In this document: piece by piece, positions 48,933 to 59,150 of the stretch
Layout: each line of letters starts with the position of its first letter
How positions within the stretch are numbered: position 1 is the first letter of the stretch
Assembly (NCBI GenBank): GCA_963704645.1
Contig: OY969926.1
Coordinates: 1,120,001-1,184,000 of the forward strand
Length of the DNA: 64,000 bases
DNA from: an uncultured bacterium
GTDB lineage: Bacteria; Patescibacteriota; JACMRA01
Direction of reading: 5' to 3'
The notes under the pieces: generated by a model
What the model was told of the DNA's origin: nothing
Database searches by the model: none
The model's input: the letters and a program-made list of their open reading frames with translations, nothing else
Translations under genes and position numbers: made by a program

Positions 48933-50222
48933 CTATATAAAGAATCCGTTTCCTGAGCCTCTCTTTAAGCTTGGATTAACCAACATTAAATATATAGATT
49001 TACTACCGGAAGGATCTATTACAATTTCTCCAATATTACCTATTGTAGTTGAAACACCAATTTTATCGTTAGTAGTCCAACTTTGCCCCCTGTTGGTTGT
49101 TGTAAACAACTTGTTATCTACACTTACTAAAATGCTATCTAAACCTTTTACTGGGTCTACAGCGGCATCTAAAACATTATATTGTTCGCTTTGAAGTGGT
49201 AATAAAATTTTAGAAAATTTACCATCTACATCTGAACTAAACCACATCTGCCTATCGGAAAGTAGAATCCAACCTTTATTACTACCCGAAGTTACAGGTA
49301 TTATTTTTTCATATATTCCAAAAGTATTTGTGTCTTTAGGAATTATGCTTAAGCTATCTTTAGGTTGATTTTCGCCTATTTTACTGGTTTCTTTATTCAA
49401 AGCTTTAGTTGTCCAAGTTTCACCATCGTTTGCTGAAACAGCCAAGCCATTTTTATTGAAAAGAATGTAGAACAGGTTATTGAACTCTGGAACAAAACCA
49501 ATTTGAACTGGCTGATCGTTGAAAGATTGAAGCTTCTGCCAAGTTTTTCCTCCGTCCAAACTTCTAATTAAAACACCTTTTTGCAAAACACCATAAATAC
49601 GCAATGGGTTTTTTGGATCTACAGCCAATAACTTAACTTCCACATTAGCTTGAACCTCAGTGTAAACCTCTTTAAAAGTGTCACCTCCATCGTTACTAGC
49701 AAAAATTTTACCAACCTTATTTTGACTTGCTGCAAAGTAAATATTTTCTTGATTTGTTGCGTCTACAGCAAAATCTGCGGATACAAGAGCGTCATTTTTA
49801 GCCACAATATTAGCAATTTCAGTGTCTTTAGCTTTTGCGTCAGAGTTTGTTGAAACAGGGTTAAAGATATATTTTCTCTGCCAAGTTCTACCTCCATCTT
49901 TTGTTCTAAATAGACCTTTCTGACTGGTTAACAAATATAGATTGTCTGTTGATGTTAGCACCATTTTTAAACCAGACAAATTATTTAAGCCAGTTGCTTC
50001 TGTTTGCCCGTTTAAAGTTTTAACAGCATTAATTCTACCAAATTTTTCTGTAGAAATTGTTGGATCTTGCTTTAAAACACCTAAACTTAGACTAGAAGAA
50101 CTACCACCTAGGTTTAAACCTGGAATTGTACATGCAGCTGCTGATGTGAAAATAGCTAGACCAGTAAAAGCTATCATACCTAATCTTTGTAAACTTTCAG
50201 ATAAGGAAAAATTTAAATTCAT
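48933..50222 (-). CDS. Lipoprotein with BNR/Asp-box beta-propeller
   Basis: AAAC lipobox; repeated S/T.DGG.TW motifs. Confidence 0.78.
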   Translation of the reverse strand: MNLNFSLSESLQRLGMIAFTGLAIFTSAAACTIPGLNLGGSSSSLSLGVLKQDPTISTEKFGRINAVKTLNGQTEATGLNNLSGLKMVLTSTDNLYLLTSQKGLFRTKDGGRTWQRKYIFNPVSTNSDAKAKDTEIANIVAKNDALVSADFAVDATNQENIYFAASQNKVGKIFASNDGGDTFKEVYTEVQANVEVKLLAVDPKNPLRIYGVLQKGVLIRSLDGGKTWQKLQSFNDQPVQIGFVPEFNNLFYILFNKNGLAVSANDGETWTTKALNKETSKIGENQPKDSLSIIPKDTNTFGIYEKIIPVTSGSNKGWILLSDRQMWFSSDVDGKFSKILLPLQSEQYNVLDAAVDPVKGLDSILVSVDNKLFTTTNRGQSWTTNDKIGVSTTIGNIGEIVIDPSGSKSIYLMLVNPSLKRGSGNGFFI

Positions 50223-50259
50223 AGGCTAATTTTCTCCTAGATTAGGTGTTTTGTCAATT

Positions 50260-51798
50260 TTATGTTGTCACTGGCAGGGGTTTGTAATAATTAGCGAAAT
50301 AATTTTCATCTTTCCCTTGATTAACAGCTTTACTACTTACAAAACTGAATAAAATTATTAAAGCCATTGGCCACAAATGCATGTCATTTTTTTCTAAATT
50401 TATCACTGTTAAAGGTTTTTTAACTTCATTTGTCTGGATATTCGCTTGTGGAAAATTTTGATAATCAAGAGTTGAATTGATAATCGCATCAGTTTTAAAG
50501 TATTGTGATTTTACGACATCTACCGATTGCCTTGGTTGCAAATTACTTGATAAATTTGGTGGTAGTTTTATCAGCTCCTTTGAGGACTTAATATACACAT
50601 CTATGTTAGATAGTTTTGTTTCTAAGCTTGGCGAAACTAAACTAGGCTGATTAATTTTAACTTTTTCATGGAAACTTTGTTGAACAACTGGAAGTGAGTT
50701 TTTTGGAACTGAAATAGCTTGACTAATTTCTTTATTTTGGTAGTTTTGACTCGGAGCAACACTCGGAGCAACACTCGGAGCAACACTCGGAGCAACACTC
50801 GGAGCAACACTCGGAGCAACACTCGGAGCAACACTCGGAGCAACACTCGGAGCAACACTCGGAGCAACACTCGGAGCAACACTCGGAGCAACACTCGGAG
50901 CAACACTCGGAGCAACACTCGGAGCAACACTCGGAGCAACACTCGGAGCAACACTCGGAGCAACACTCGGAGCAACACTCGGAGCAACACTCGGAGCAAC
51001 ACTCGGAGCAACACTCGGAGCAACACTCGGAGCAACACTCGGAGCAACACTCGGAGCAACACTCGGAGCAACACTCGGAGCAACACTCGGAGCAACACTC
51101 GGAGCAACACTCGGAGCAACACTCGGAGCAACTTGAGTTTGTAAATCAGAATTATCTAAATTAACAGCTAAAGCACTTCCAAATTTGGGTGTGCCATAAT
51201 TACCTGAAAAATATTCTTCATTGGAAATTTCGTATTTTAAAGTTGACGGGTTGTATTGAACACTAAACTTACTTCCATAAGCTAAATCGACATCTTTTTC
51301 TAAATTTTTTATTTTATCTTCATTTAAACTAAACTCAGAAACTTTTTGCCCTGCAGAGTTAATTAAACTAGCTTGTATATTTCTCTGGCCTACAGTATTA
51401 GAACTTACTCTTAAAACTTTACCACTAACGCCGTCTGCTTCTATGTTAGCACTAGCAAGAGTTGAAATTAAACCATTATAACGATTTCGAACCAGGTAGT
51501 TGCTCTTAGCCTGAATGAAAGTATTGGGTGGAAATTTAAGGTTGTTAGTTGCTTCCTGAGACTGGTGAAACCGAAGTTGCCACAAGCCCACATCTATTGC
51601 CTTGTTATTAGGGTTTGTAATTTCAATCCACTTGTCATAGCTGCATAGTTTACAATTAGACCTAGTGCTTCCAGCGAAATTAACTTCACTAATATAAACA
51701 TTTTCTTCGGCTAAACTTATTACAGAAAAAACTGGCAAAAACCAAACTGACATTAAGCTTAAGCTGAAAAAAACAATGTAAATATATCTGCAGGGCAT
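50260..51798 (-). CDS. Lamin-tail-domain surface protein with (VAPS)32 stalk and C-terminal TM
   Basis: VYISEV...KWIEITNP...IDVGLWQL LTD-like motif; tandem repeat; hydrophobic C-terminal helix. Confidence 0.72.
   Translation of the reverse strand: MPCRYIYIVFFSLSLMSVWFLPVFSVISLAEENVYISEVNFAGSTRSNCKLCSYDKWIEITNPNNKAIDVGLWQLRFHQSQEATNNLKFPPNTFIQAKSNYLVRNRYNGLISTLASANIEADGVSGKVLRVSSNTVGQRNIQASLINSAGQKVSEFSLNEDKIKNLEKDVDLAYGSKFSVQYNPSTLKYEISNEEYFSGNYGTPKFGSALAVNLDNSDLQTQVAPSVAPSVAPSVAPSVAPSVAPSVAPSVAPSVAPSVAPSVAPSVAPSVAPSVAPSVAPSVAPSVAPSVAPSVAPSVAPSVAPSVAPSVAPSVAPSVAPSVAPSVAPSVAPSVAPSVAPSVAPSVAPSQNYQNKEISQAISVPKNSLPVVQQSFHEKVKINQPSLVSPSLETKLSNIDVYIKSSKELIKLPPNLSSNLQPRQSVDVVKSQYFKTDAIINSTLDYQNFPQANIQTNEVKKPLTVINLEKNDMHLWPMALIILFSFVSSKAVNQGKDENYFANYYKPLPVTT
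50749..51132. repeat. Perfect 12-bp tandem repeat (ACTCGGAGCAAC) x32
   Basis: Direct count: 384 bp, no variant unit seen. Confidence 0.97.
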
Positions 51799-52132
51799 GT
51801 TCTATAAAACGGCTTTATTATAAATTTTGCCAATATAAAAACAGATTCATTTTTTGGACAGATACCATTAGAATAATGCGAAATGGTTATTGAGTTTGGA
51901 GAGATCTATTTATTAAAATGTTTTTTGCTTAATCATATTAGTTAGATCTGAGGATGAAAGTAAAAATGAGACAAGCTCAGCTCGGAGCCACTTTTCAAAA
52001 AAGGTTTATGGTGACAGCTTATTTTTTTTCACTATTTCTCCTCTTAATATTTATGCATCATAAAGTATCCTGCCCTTCAACTCAATTTATAACTTTGACA
52101 TATCTTCAATTTTGAAACTTGTTGTAAATATT

Positions 52133-52777
52133 ATGGAGCAACCTAACCAAGCTAAATCTAATTTACCAAACCCAGCGATGGCAGTGTTGGCTACTTGGTT
52201 TCCAGTTAAAAAAACTTTTCAAATACTAGTTATTTTATTCGTAACAGTTATATTTTCCAGCATGGCTTATGTGTTGGTTTTAAACCTTGCAGCTTTCCAA
52301 TACAGCCCTGAAAACGTTGTAAATAAATTTACGCAATTAATTGAAAACCCTACCCAAACCGTAACTGAAGAAGAAAAGAAAGTGTTGGCAGACATTACAC
52401 AATCTGGTTTTTTGAATAGCTGGGGCAATGAGAATAACATTAAGCTTTTAAGAATATCTGCCGCTTCTAAACCGGTGGAAATTGGCGCAATTGAATATTC
52501 TGGGTCGGGCAAGAATTACGCTACTGTTGTTTTAAAGTTCCAAAATAATTTACCAAACCCAGAAGGAAAACAGGCTAAATTGTACTTAGAAAAGTATCCT
52601 TCAAGCAATTTTTATGGAATTTTTAACACAGCATACCGTTGGAGAATTTACCAAATAGATATGCCCCGAAGTTTAAATATTCTAGATAATATTAACAAAA
52701 CTGTAACCGAAACCACAGAACAAGTAGATAAATCTAGTAAGAGTTTTTGGGACAACGTTACTGGCCTTTTTAAGTAG
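52133..52777 (+). CDS. Hypothetical membrane-anchored protein
   Basis: Single TM followed by SPENVV..F...WRI pattern; ATG 52133 preferred over TTG 52112. Confidence 0.6.
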   Translation: MEQPNQAKSNLPNPAMAVLATWFPVKKTFQILVILFVTVIFSSMAYVLVLNLAAFQYSPENVVNKFTQLIENPTQTVTEEEKKVLADITQSGFLNSWGNENNIKLLRISAASKPVEIGAIEYSGSGKNYATVVLKFQNNLPNPEGKQAKLYLEKYPSSNFYGIFNTAYRWRIYQIDMPRSLNILDNINKTVTETTEQVDKSSKSFWDNVTGLFK

Positions 52778-53129
52778 GAAGTATTTAGGACAACTTTTTA
52801 AAATATTTTCACTAATACATTTTAGCAGAACTAGCATTTATCCTTTTTAAGTAGGCATTTACTGTTGAGCTAATTGCATATACTTAATTTGTTTAGTATA
52901 GTTTAAGTTATAGTTATTTGCTTACAAAAATAACAAATTCACCAGATATAGTTTTCTGATGGGTTGAAAATTTTGTTGCTAAAATTACTAGTATTTTTCC
53001 CCAGCCTAAGTAATTTCTTAAGAAAACCTTCTAAATATTCATAAATATTAAACAAGCATTTCTTTTGAAATAAGGCTAAAGTGGAAAATATTCAAACAAA
53101 AAAACTTCATCAACAAAAATAAAAAACTT

Positions 53130-55787
53130 ATGAATTTATCTTCAACAAAAATAAAAATTAGCAATTTCCAAGCTAGAGTAATTGCCCTAACAGCTGCTTT
53201 ATTCTGCATATTCTGTTTGGCTTTACTTAATATGCAATCTGCAAATATAAACAACGGAGACGTACTTGGAGTTGTTACTGGTAAAGAAGGTTATGCCTTA
53301 AGATACAGTAAAACAACTAATGGTGGAATTGTATTTGCAGGAAATAGCTTATGCTTAGCTGAAAATGTAGATTATGGAAGTTGCGGCACTTACACAAGTC
53401 TAGACAGCCAAAGTGTAGACCAAGATTTTTCTCCTAAAACCAATGGCACAGTAGCCAACTGGGAAAAGAACGGAGGATTTACAAATGTAAACATTCCAGA
53501 TAAAAGCCAAGTTTTATACGCTGAATTAATTTGGGGTGGAAATTATAAATATTTAGATAAAAGCATTCAAAACAATTTAGACAATGCAGTTAAATTAGAG
53601 CTTCCAAATGGGAAAGTTGAAAGTATTAAACCTGTTAAAGAAACTGCTGCTGAAGTTCAGGAAAGCCATAGTTACGTTAGAACTTCTGGCGATATTTCTG
53701 GCTTAATTGGTTCTTCCGGAAAAGGTAAATACAGCCTATCTGGTGTGCCAAGTGTTATGATAAAAGGCAACCCTTACAACAATTATGTTGGTTTTACTTT
53801 GGCTATTGTATATTATAACCAAGATGAACCAGCTAGAAACTTATCTTTGTTTACAGCTGCAGAACAAGTAGGACCAGACCAATTTACAAACACCGCCGAA
53901 ATCAAAGGTTTTGCCACACCAACAAGCGGTGCAGTTAATGGAAAATTGCTAGTTAGCGCCCAAGAAGGAGATTCAATGTATAACGGAGATAGGCTAAAAT
54001 TTGGTTCAAATACCAACAACTTGCAAGATTTACAAGGCCCAAATAACAAAGTAGATAACTTTTTTGCCTCACAAATTAATAATAATGATGGCTATTTAGA
54101 TTCTACAGGTAGTTTTGGCAGCAAAAACCAAGCTTTAAATTCTAATAAGGTTGGAGCGCGACAAGGTTGGGATGTAACCGCTGTAAATATTAGCAATCGT
54201 TTAACCAACAAGCAAACTTCCGCTTATGCTAAAGCTACAAGCACAGGAGACACCTACTTAATTAATGCACTTGGTATTCAAATTGAGGTAAATTCTGCTC
54301 AACCCAAGCTAAGTTTAGAGCTAGTATCTCAAACTGGCCAATGCAAAGAAGACATGGTAAATTTAAAAATTACAGCTGTAAATAATGGAAGGTCCGATAG
54401 TCAAAACAACTTTTTGTTAGATATTGCGCCTGATGGATTTGAAGTTGTAGATAAAAAAATTAGCATTAATGGCCAATCTTCAATATTTGAAGGAAACAGT
54501 GCCAAATTACCAAATCTAAGCTATCAACAGACTGCCTCAATTACTTATACTTTAAAAAATGTAGGTAACAAAACTAGTTTAAACAATGGACCAACCTTTA
54601 GTTATGACTATGTAATGATGGATGGTGCTGCTCCAATTTCTGGAAAAATAGTTATTCCTACAGACAAAATTGATTTAAGCCAGAACTGCAAAGCGAATTT
54701 GCCACCACGCACAGAAGATGACAGTAGCATGGGCAAAATGAATAGTAACCAAAATATTGAAATTTTGAAAAATGATTCAGACGCAGAAGAAACACTAAGC
54801 TACAAAAATGTACAAATTAGTTTGCAGCCAAAAAATGGAACAGTAGAAATTAAAGATGGAAGTGTTATTTACACTCCAGCTAAAGACTATACTGGACTTG
54901 ATACATTTAACTACAAAATATGTGATGTTGTAAAAAGTTGCGATGAGGCAACAGTAAACTTAACCGTTATAGACATTCAAGCTATAACAGATTCAGAAAG
55001 TATGAATGTTGGGGAAATGAAGACAATTCAAGTTTTGGAAAACGATATTTTTAAAGCCGATGTCTACAATCCTAAATCTTTAGAAGTTGTTAAACAAGGT
55101 GTTGCTGGTCAGGCTGTGGTTGATATTGAAAAAAGCACAATAAACTATAAAGCAACTGCAACAGCTGCAGCTAGCGATGTTTTTGAATACAAAATATGTT
55201 TGTTAAACAGCGGTTTTTGTTCCATTGCTGAAGTTAAAATTGGAATAGAAACAATTCCACCATTACCACCTGTAGCAAATTCTGACGATGTAACAACTCA
55301 GGAATCTAAGCCGGTTATTGTTGAAATTTTGAAGAATGACGTTGCTGGAGAAGGGGAATTAGTTGCTTCCACAATACAAGTAACCAAACCTAGTGAAAAC
55401 GGAAGTGTTGAAGTTAATTTGCAATCTGGGGAAATTCAGTATAGTCCTAAAAGTGGATTTAGCGGGGTTGATACATTAGCCTACAAAGTTTGTAATCAAG
55501 CAGAATTATGCAGCACTACTGACGTAAAAATTACTGTTCAAGCCTTACCAATTGTTAAATCTGACACACAATCTTTACCAACAGCCAATATTTTAACTCA
55601 ACCTATTAAGGCCATTAACCAAGCACTAAAACCAATTCCATCTGTATTAGGTGTTTCAGAGTTAGTAAGAAGTGGTGGTAAAAATGTTTGGGTATCTGTA
55701 GCTTTTGGAGTTATTGGTGTAGTCGCAGCGGCAACTTTTGTCTGGCTAAGCTTACAACCAGAAAAGAAGTCTAAAAAAGCTGAGTAA
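53130..55787 (+). CDS. Surface protein with DUF11-like and three Ig/cadherin-like (Big_9) repeats and a C-terminal sorting-like signal
   Basis: YAELIWGG domain; ND...P.NG.V...YTP...G.D.F.Y.IC repeats; LVRSGG + TM + basic tail. Confidence 0.78.
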   Translation: MNLSSTKIKISNFQARVIALTAALFCIFCLALLNMQSANINNGDVLGVVTGKEGYALRYSKTTNGGIVFAGNSLCLAENVDYGSCGTYTSLDSQSVDQDFSPKTNGTVANWEKNGGFTNVNIPDKSQVLYAELIWGGNYKYLDKSIQNNLDNAVKLELPNGKVESIKPVKETAAEVQESHSYVRTSGDISGLIGSSGKGKYSLSGVPSVMIKGNPYNNYVGFTLAIVYYNQDEPARNLSLFTAAEQVGPDQFTNTAEIKGFATPTSGAVNGKLLVSAQEGDSMYNGDRLKFGSNTNNLQDLQGPNNKVDNFFASQINNNDGYLDSTGSFGSKNQALNSNKVGARQGWDVTAVNISNRLTNKQTSAYAKATSTGDTYLINALGIQIEVNSAQPKLSLELVSQTGQCKEDMVNLKITAVNNGRSDSQNNFLLDIAPDGFEVVDKKISINGQSSIFEGNSAKLPNLSYQQTASITYTLKNVGNKTSLNNGPTFSYDYVMMDGAAPISGKIVIPTDKIDLSQNCKANLPPRTEDDSSMGKMNSNQNIEILKNDSDAEETLSYKNVQISLQPKNGTVEIKDGSVIYTPAKDYTGLDTFNYKICDVVKSCDEATVNLTVIDIQAITDSESMNVGEMKTIQVLENDIFKADVYNPKSLEVVKQGVAGQAVVDIEKSTINYKATATAAASDVFEYKICLLNSGFCSIAEVKIGIETIPPLPPVANSDDVTTQESKPVIVEILKNDVAGEGELVASTIQVTKPSENGSVEVNLQSGEIQYSPKSGFSGVDTLAYKVCNQAELCSTTDVKITVQALPIVKSDTQSLPTANILTQPIKAINQALKPIPSVLGVSELVRSGGKNVWVSVAFGVIGVVAAATFVWLSLQPEKKSKKAE

Positions 55788-55887
55788 TTATAACTAGAAA
55801 TATAGCTTATCACAATATATACAACCACCTTCGGGTGGTAATTGTGTTTTAAATTTTACCAAGGTAGCTGGTGATTTGCTGTGCATC

Positions 55888-56307
55888 CTAAATAATTTCC
55901 TCTACGGAATATACAACTTTTATTCCCAGCTCTTCTGCCTTAGCTAATTTACTTCCTGGTTTATCACCTACCAACAAAATGGTGGTTGCAGAAGTAACGG
56001 CACTAGTAATTTTAGCCCCCAGGTTAGATAATTTTAAAGCAATTGCATCTCTACTTTCAGCGAAAGAACCTGTAATGCAAATAGTTTGTCCAGATAAAAC
56101 ACCCTGTATATTTAGTTTGTCAGATTTCAAAGTCAGTGATTTGTTATTAGCTTCCAAAAAAGTAAATCCAGCTTGTAATTCACTAAACCTTTCAGAATTA
56201 GTAAACTCTTTTAGATTGGCTAAAAGCACTGCGCCTAAACCTTTCACTTCCTCTAGTTTAGAATAATCCAAACTTTTTAGTTTGCTTAAAAATTGGCTGG
56301 CTTGCAT
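55888..56307 (-). CDS. Stand-alone HhH+BRCT fragment resembling the C-terminus of NAD-dependent DNA ligase LigA
   Basis: VKGLG HhH; LSGQTICITGS...R...LGAK..SAVT..T..L.VG.KPGSKL.KA.ELG. Confidence 0.78.
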   Translation of the reverse strand: MQASQFLSKLKSLDYSKLEEVKGLGAVLLANLKEFTNSERFSELQAGFTFLEANNKSLTLKSDKLNIQGVLSGQTICITGSFAESRDAIALKLSNLGAKITSAVTSATTILLVGDKPGSKLAKAEELGIKVVYSVEEII

Positions 56308-56345
56308 ATTGACAAATTGGCTATGTGGAATAACTTTAGGTAGGT

Positions 56346-58715
56346 ATGTCCCCTAGCCTAAAAAAAACTAGGCAGAATGTCAAAAATAAAAAAATTGATT
56401 ATTCTAATTTAGCCAATTCAAACAAGCCTAGCTCACTTATAGATAGAATTAAGTTCAATCTTAACTCTTGGCAGGCCTCTAAAAAAATTAAGGAAAACCA
56501 GGCCAAATTTAGCCAGAAACGTAATTCTAATTTTAGTAAAGAAAAATCTGATAGCAATAATAATTTCAGAAATAGTGCTGGTAGCACAGGCAAAGAAAGT
56601 GTAAATTTATCATCAAAAATTCAAGAAAATATAAAAAATCTATTAAAGGGCTTAGTGTTAAATATTATAGATAGAACAAATAATTTCAGTGCAAATCTTA
56701 ACCGATCTTTAGTTATTAGATTAGTTTTTGTAGTTTTTTTCCTTGTAATTGGAGTGCGTTTGGCCCAGCTTCAGTTAATTAGCAACGCACTATCTAGCAA
56801 CGGCGGCAGTTCCAATTCGCTTAGTAGTTTACAAGTTATTCCAGCTAGGAGAGGGCAGATTTTTATTCAAGATTTAAGCCAATCTAAAAATGAAATTCCT
56901 GTAACTTCTAGTCAAAGTTTGGCTAATGTATATTTTGACCCATTAATTTTAAAAAACCAACTTGATAATAAAGTTCTAAGCATAGAATCTGCTAGCCAAA
57001 TGGTGGCTGGAGCTTTAAATATAGACTGGAAAAGTGTTGAAAATCAATTCAAAACTGAAGTTGCAAAACCGGTTTTACTTAGACATGTAGTGATTCAAAA
57101 GTTTATTGATTCATCCCAAAAACAAGCAATAGATTATTTAAGAAGTTCTGAATTATATGTACAGTCAGGAGTAGCCTCTTTCAACCCTTGGCTTGGTGTA
57201 GAAAATATTGAAAGTCGAGTTTATCCAGAAAACCAAATGTTAAGTAGCACCATTGGCTTTGCTCCACGCAACCCAGTAACTGCAGACGAAGCTTTAAAGG
57301 TAAACGGTTGCCAAAGCATGGTAACAGATAATGTAGCTAGAGGCACCAGTTATTTAGGTCAATACAATATTGGCTACTATGGCTTAGAACAAAAATATTG
57401 TAGTGTTCTAGCTGGTTTAAATGGTCGTCAAATTTTTTCAAAGGAGATTGGTTCCAATAAAGAAGAGCAAGCCCGAGTGGTTAACGGAGCTAACATTTAC
57501 ACCACCATTGATAGGAATTTACAAAGAAATGCCGAAGATACGTTGCAACAATTGGTGAAAGATAACACCAACAGTAAAGGTGGGCCTAAGGATGGTTCTA
57601 TTTTAGTAATGGAAGTTAAAACTGGCAAAATTTTAGCCATGGCCAGCTACCCAAGTTTTGACCCAAACAGGTATGAAGAAGCTAATTCCACCGCCTTTAG
57701 AAATAGTATAACCAGTATAGATTACGAGGTTGGCTCGGTTATGAAGCCTTTAACTGTGGCTGCAATTAGAAATGAATGGGAAAATGGAGCTAAGGATTCT
57801 AACGGTAAAAACATTGGAATTCCAAATAATTGGGAATTTGAAGATTACGATTCAAAAGGCAAACCGTATCAAGAAAGAAACGGTACAATTTACTATATTC
57901 GTAATTCCCAAAACTTTTCCTACAGAGGTAGAGGTAAACAAAACATTTCCAACGTTTTACGAGATTCTATAAACACTGGAATTGCCCAAATGTTATCTGA
58001 AGGAATGCCGAATTCCAAATTACAACAATATATTACAGAGCAGTACAGAATTGGTCAGCCCACCCAAGTTAGCCTTCCAGGAGATGGTGGTGGAGATGTA
58101 AGACAGCTAGACACAAACTTAAATTCTGGATTTACATATGCCACTTTTGGTTTCGGTCAAGGCTTTACTCAGTCCCCTATTCAACTTGCCAGAGCATACA
58201 CTGCTTTAGCTAACAACGGTAAAATTGTAGAACCATATTTAGTAGAAAAAATTGCTTACGGTGACAACACTGTAGACGATGGAACCAGTGAAAACAGTAT
58301 TATTAAAAGGAAGCAGCCTCAGACAGTAATTTCTGAAAAGGTAGCCAAGGAAGTTACAGGGTATTTAGTAAATGTTTTAGATCAGGGTTATTTAGGCCAA
58401 AAATCAAGCAGAGGGCAAGTTCCCGGATATTCTGTTGCTGGTAAAACAGGAACCAGCCAAGTTGGTAGAATTGATAACGCCAAACTTTGTGCCTTAAGCG
58501 AAAACATTTATGATTGTAACACAAGGTTAGGAGTTTATGATCACACTTTTGTAGGTTACGGCCCTGCTCCAGACCCACAAATTTTAGTAATCATTAAATT
58601 GTCAGAACCAAGCCCTGGAAACGTTGATAACTTTGCTGAAAACACAGTTGGCCCAAGTTTTTCTAAAACAATGAAAAATGCATTGGAATATTTGGGTATA
58701 CCTAAAAATAGATAG
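56346..58715 (+). CDS. Class B penicillin-binding protein (FtsI/PBP2-like)
   Basis: RRGQI, R.YP, GLE, SxxK (SVMK), SxN (SIN), KTG motifs. Confidence 0.92.
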   Translation: MSPSLKKTRQNVKNKKIDYSNLANSNKPSSLIDRIKFNLNSWQASKKIKENQAKFSQKRNSNFSKEKSDSNNNFRNSAGSTGKESVNLSSKIQENIKNLLKGLVLNIIDRTNNFSANLNRSLVIRLVFVVFFLVIGVRLAQLQLISNALSSNGGSSNSLSSLQVIPARRGQIFIQDLSQSKNEIPVTSSQSLANVYFDPLILKNQLDNKVLSIESASQMVAGALNIDWKSVENQFKTEVAKPVLLRHVVIQKFIDSSQKQAIDYLRSSELYVQSGVASFNPWLGVENIESRVYPENQMLSSTIGFAPRNPVTADEALKVNGCQSMVTDNVARGTSYLGQYNIGYYGLEQKYCSVLAGLNGRQIFSKEIGSNKEEQARVVNGANIYTTIDRNLQRNAEDTLQQLVKDNTNSKGGPKDGSILVMEVKTGKILAMASYPSFDPNRYEEANSTAFRNSITSIDYEVGSVMKPLTVAAIRNEWENGAKDSNGKNIGIPNNWEFEDYDSKGKPYQERNGTIYYIRNSQNFSYRGRGKQNISNVLRDSINTGIAQMLSEGMPNSKLQQYITEQYRIGQPTQVSLPGDGGGDVRQLDTNLNSGFTYATFGFGQGFTQSPIQLARAYTALANNGKIVEPYLVEKIAYGDNTVDDGTSENSIIKRKQPQTVISEKVAKEVTGYLVNVLDQGYLGQKSSRGQVPGYSVAGKTGTSQVGRIDNAKLCALSENIYDCNTRLGVYDHTFVGYGPAPDPQILVIIKLSEPSPGNVDNFAENTVGPSFSKTMKNALEYLGIPKNR

Positions 58716-58810
58716 CTTATTAAGATACTTTTATTATTAAGTTTTTTGAAAAGGTTGTATTTAAAAAATTAATAGTAAATTTGATAATTATACCGTAATG
58801 TCATAGTAAA

Positions 58811-58847
58811 CTGTCACTGAAATTTATGACATATACAAAGGTGACAG
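58811..58847 (-). mobile_element. Solo left-end remnant of the IS481 element
   Basis: 36/37 identical to 12970-13006 in reverse complement. Confidence 0.8.
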
Positions 58848-59150
58848 CCTCCAAGTTTGGGGTGACAAGTAGCGGTTCGAGCCATTCACGTGTAAATACA
58901 GTATTGCGTTTAAACTTTAGGGATATGTTGTGAGGGTATGCTTACCGTAAATATAATCTTAAAACTTAGTTATCCACAGTCTTTCGTTGTTTTGTAGGAT
59001 TTAAAAAATAAGCTTGGTTATACAGGCTTTTCATTTGGTAAAACCAAGTTACTTTGACTTTTGCTGTTTAATGCATTAGAATAAGCTACATTAAAGTAAT
59101 GGTAGCGTAAATTACTACCTACTTCTAAAACAAAAACAAATATTGCTGTA

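Noticed and set aside
50749-51132. CRISPR array
   Set aside because: Contiguous units with no spacers and no cas genes
50637-51144. (LLRV)n and (RSNT)n ORFs
   Set aside because: Alternative frames of the stop-free 12-bp repeat; only the VAPS frame is embedded in a sensible protein
58970-58978. DnaA box TTATCCACA / oriC
   Set aside because: Single perfect box with no cluster and no dnaA/dnaN nearby; may be regulatory or chance
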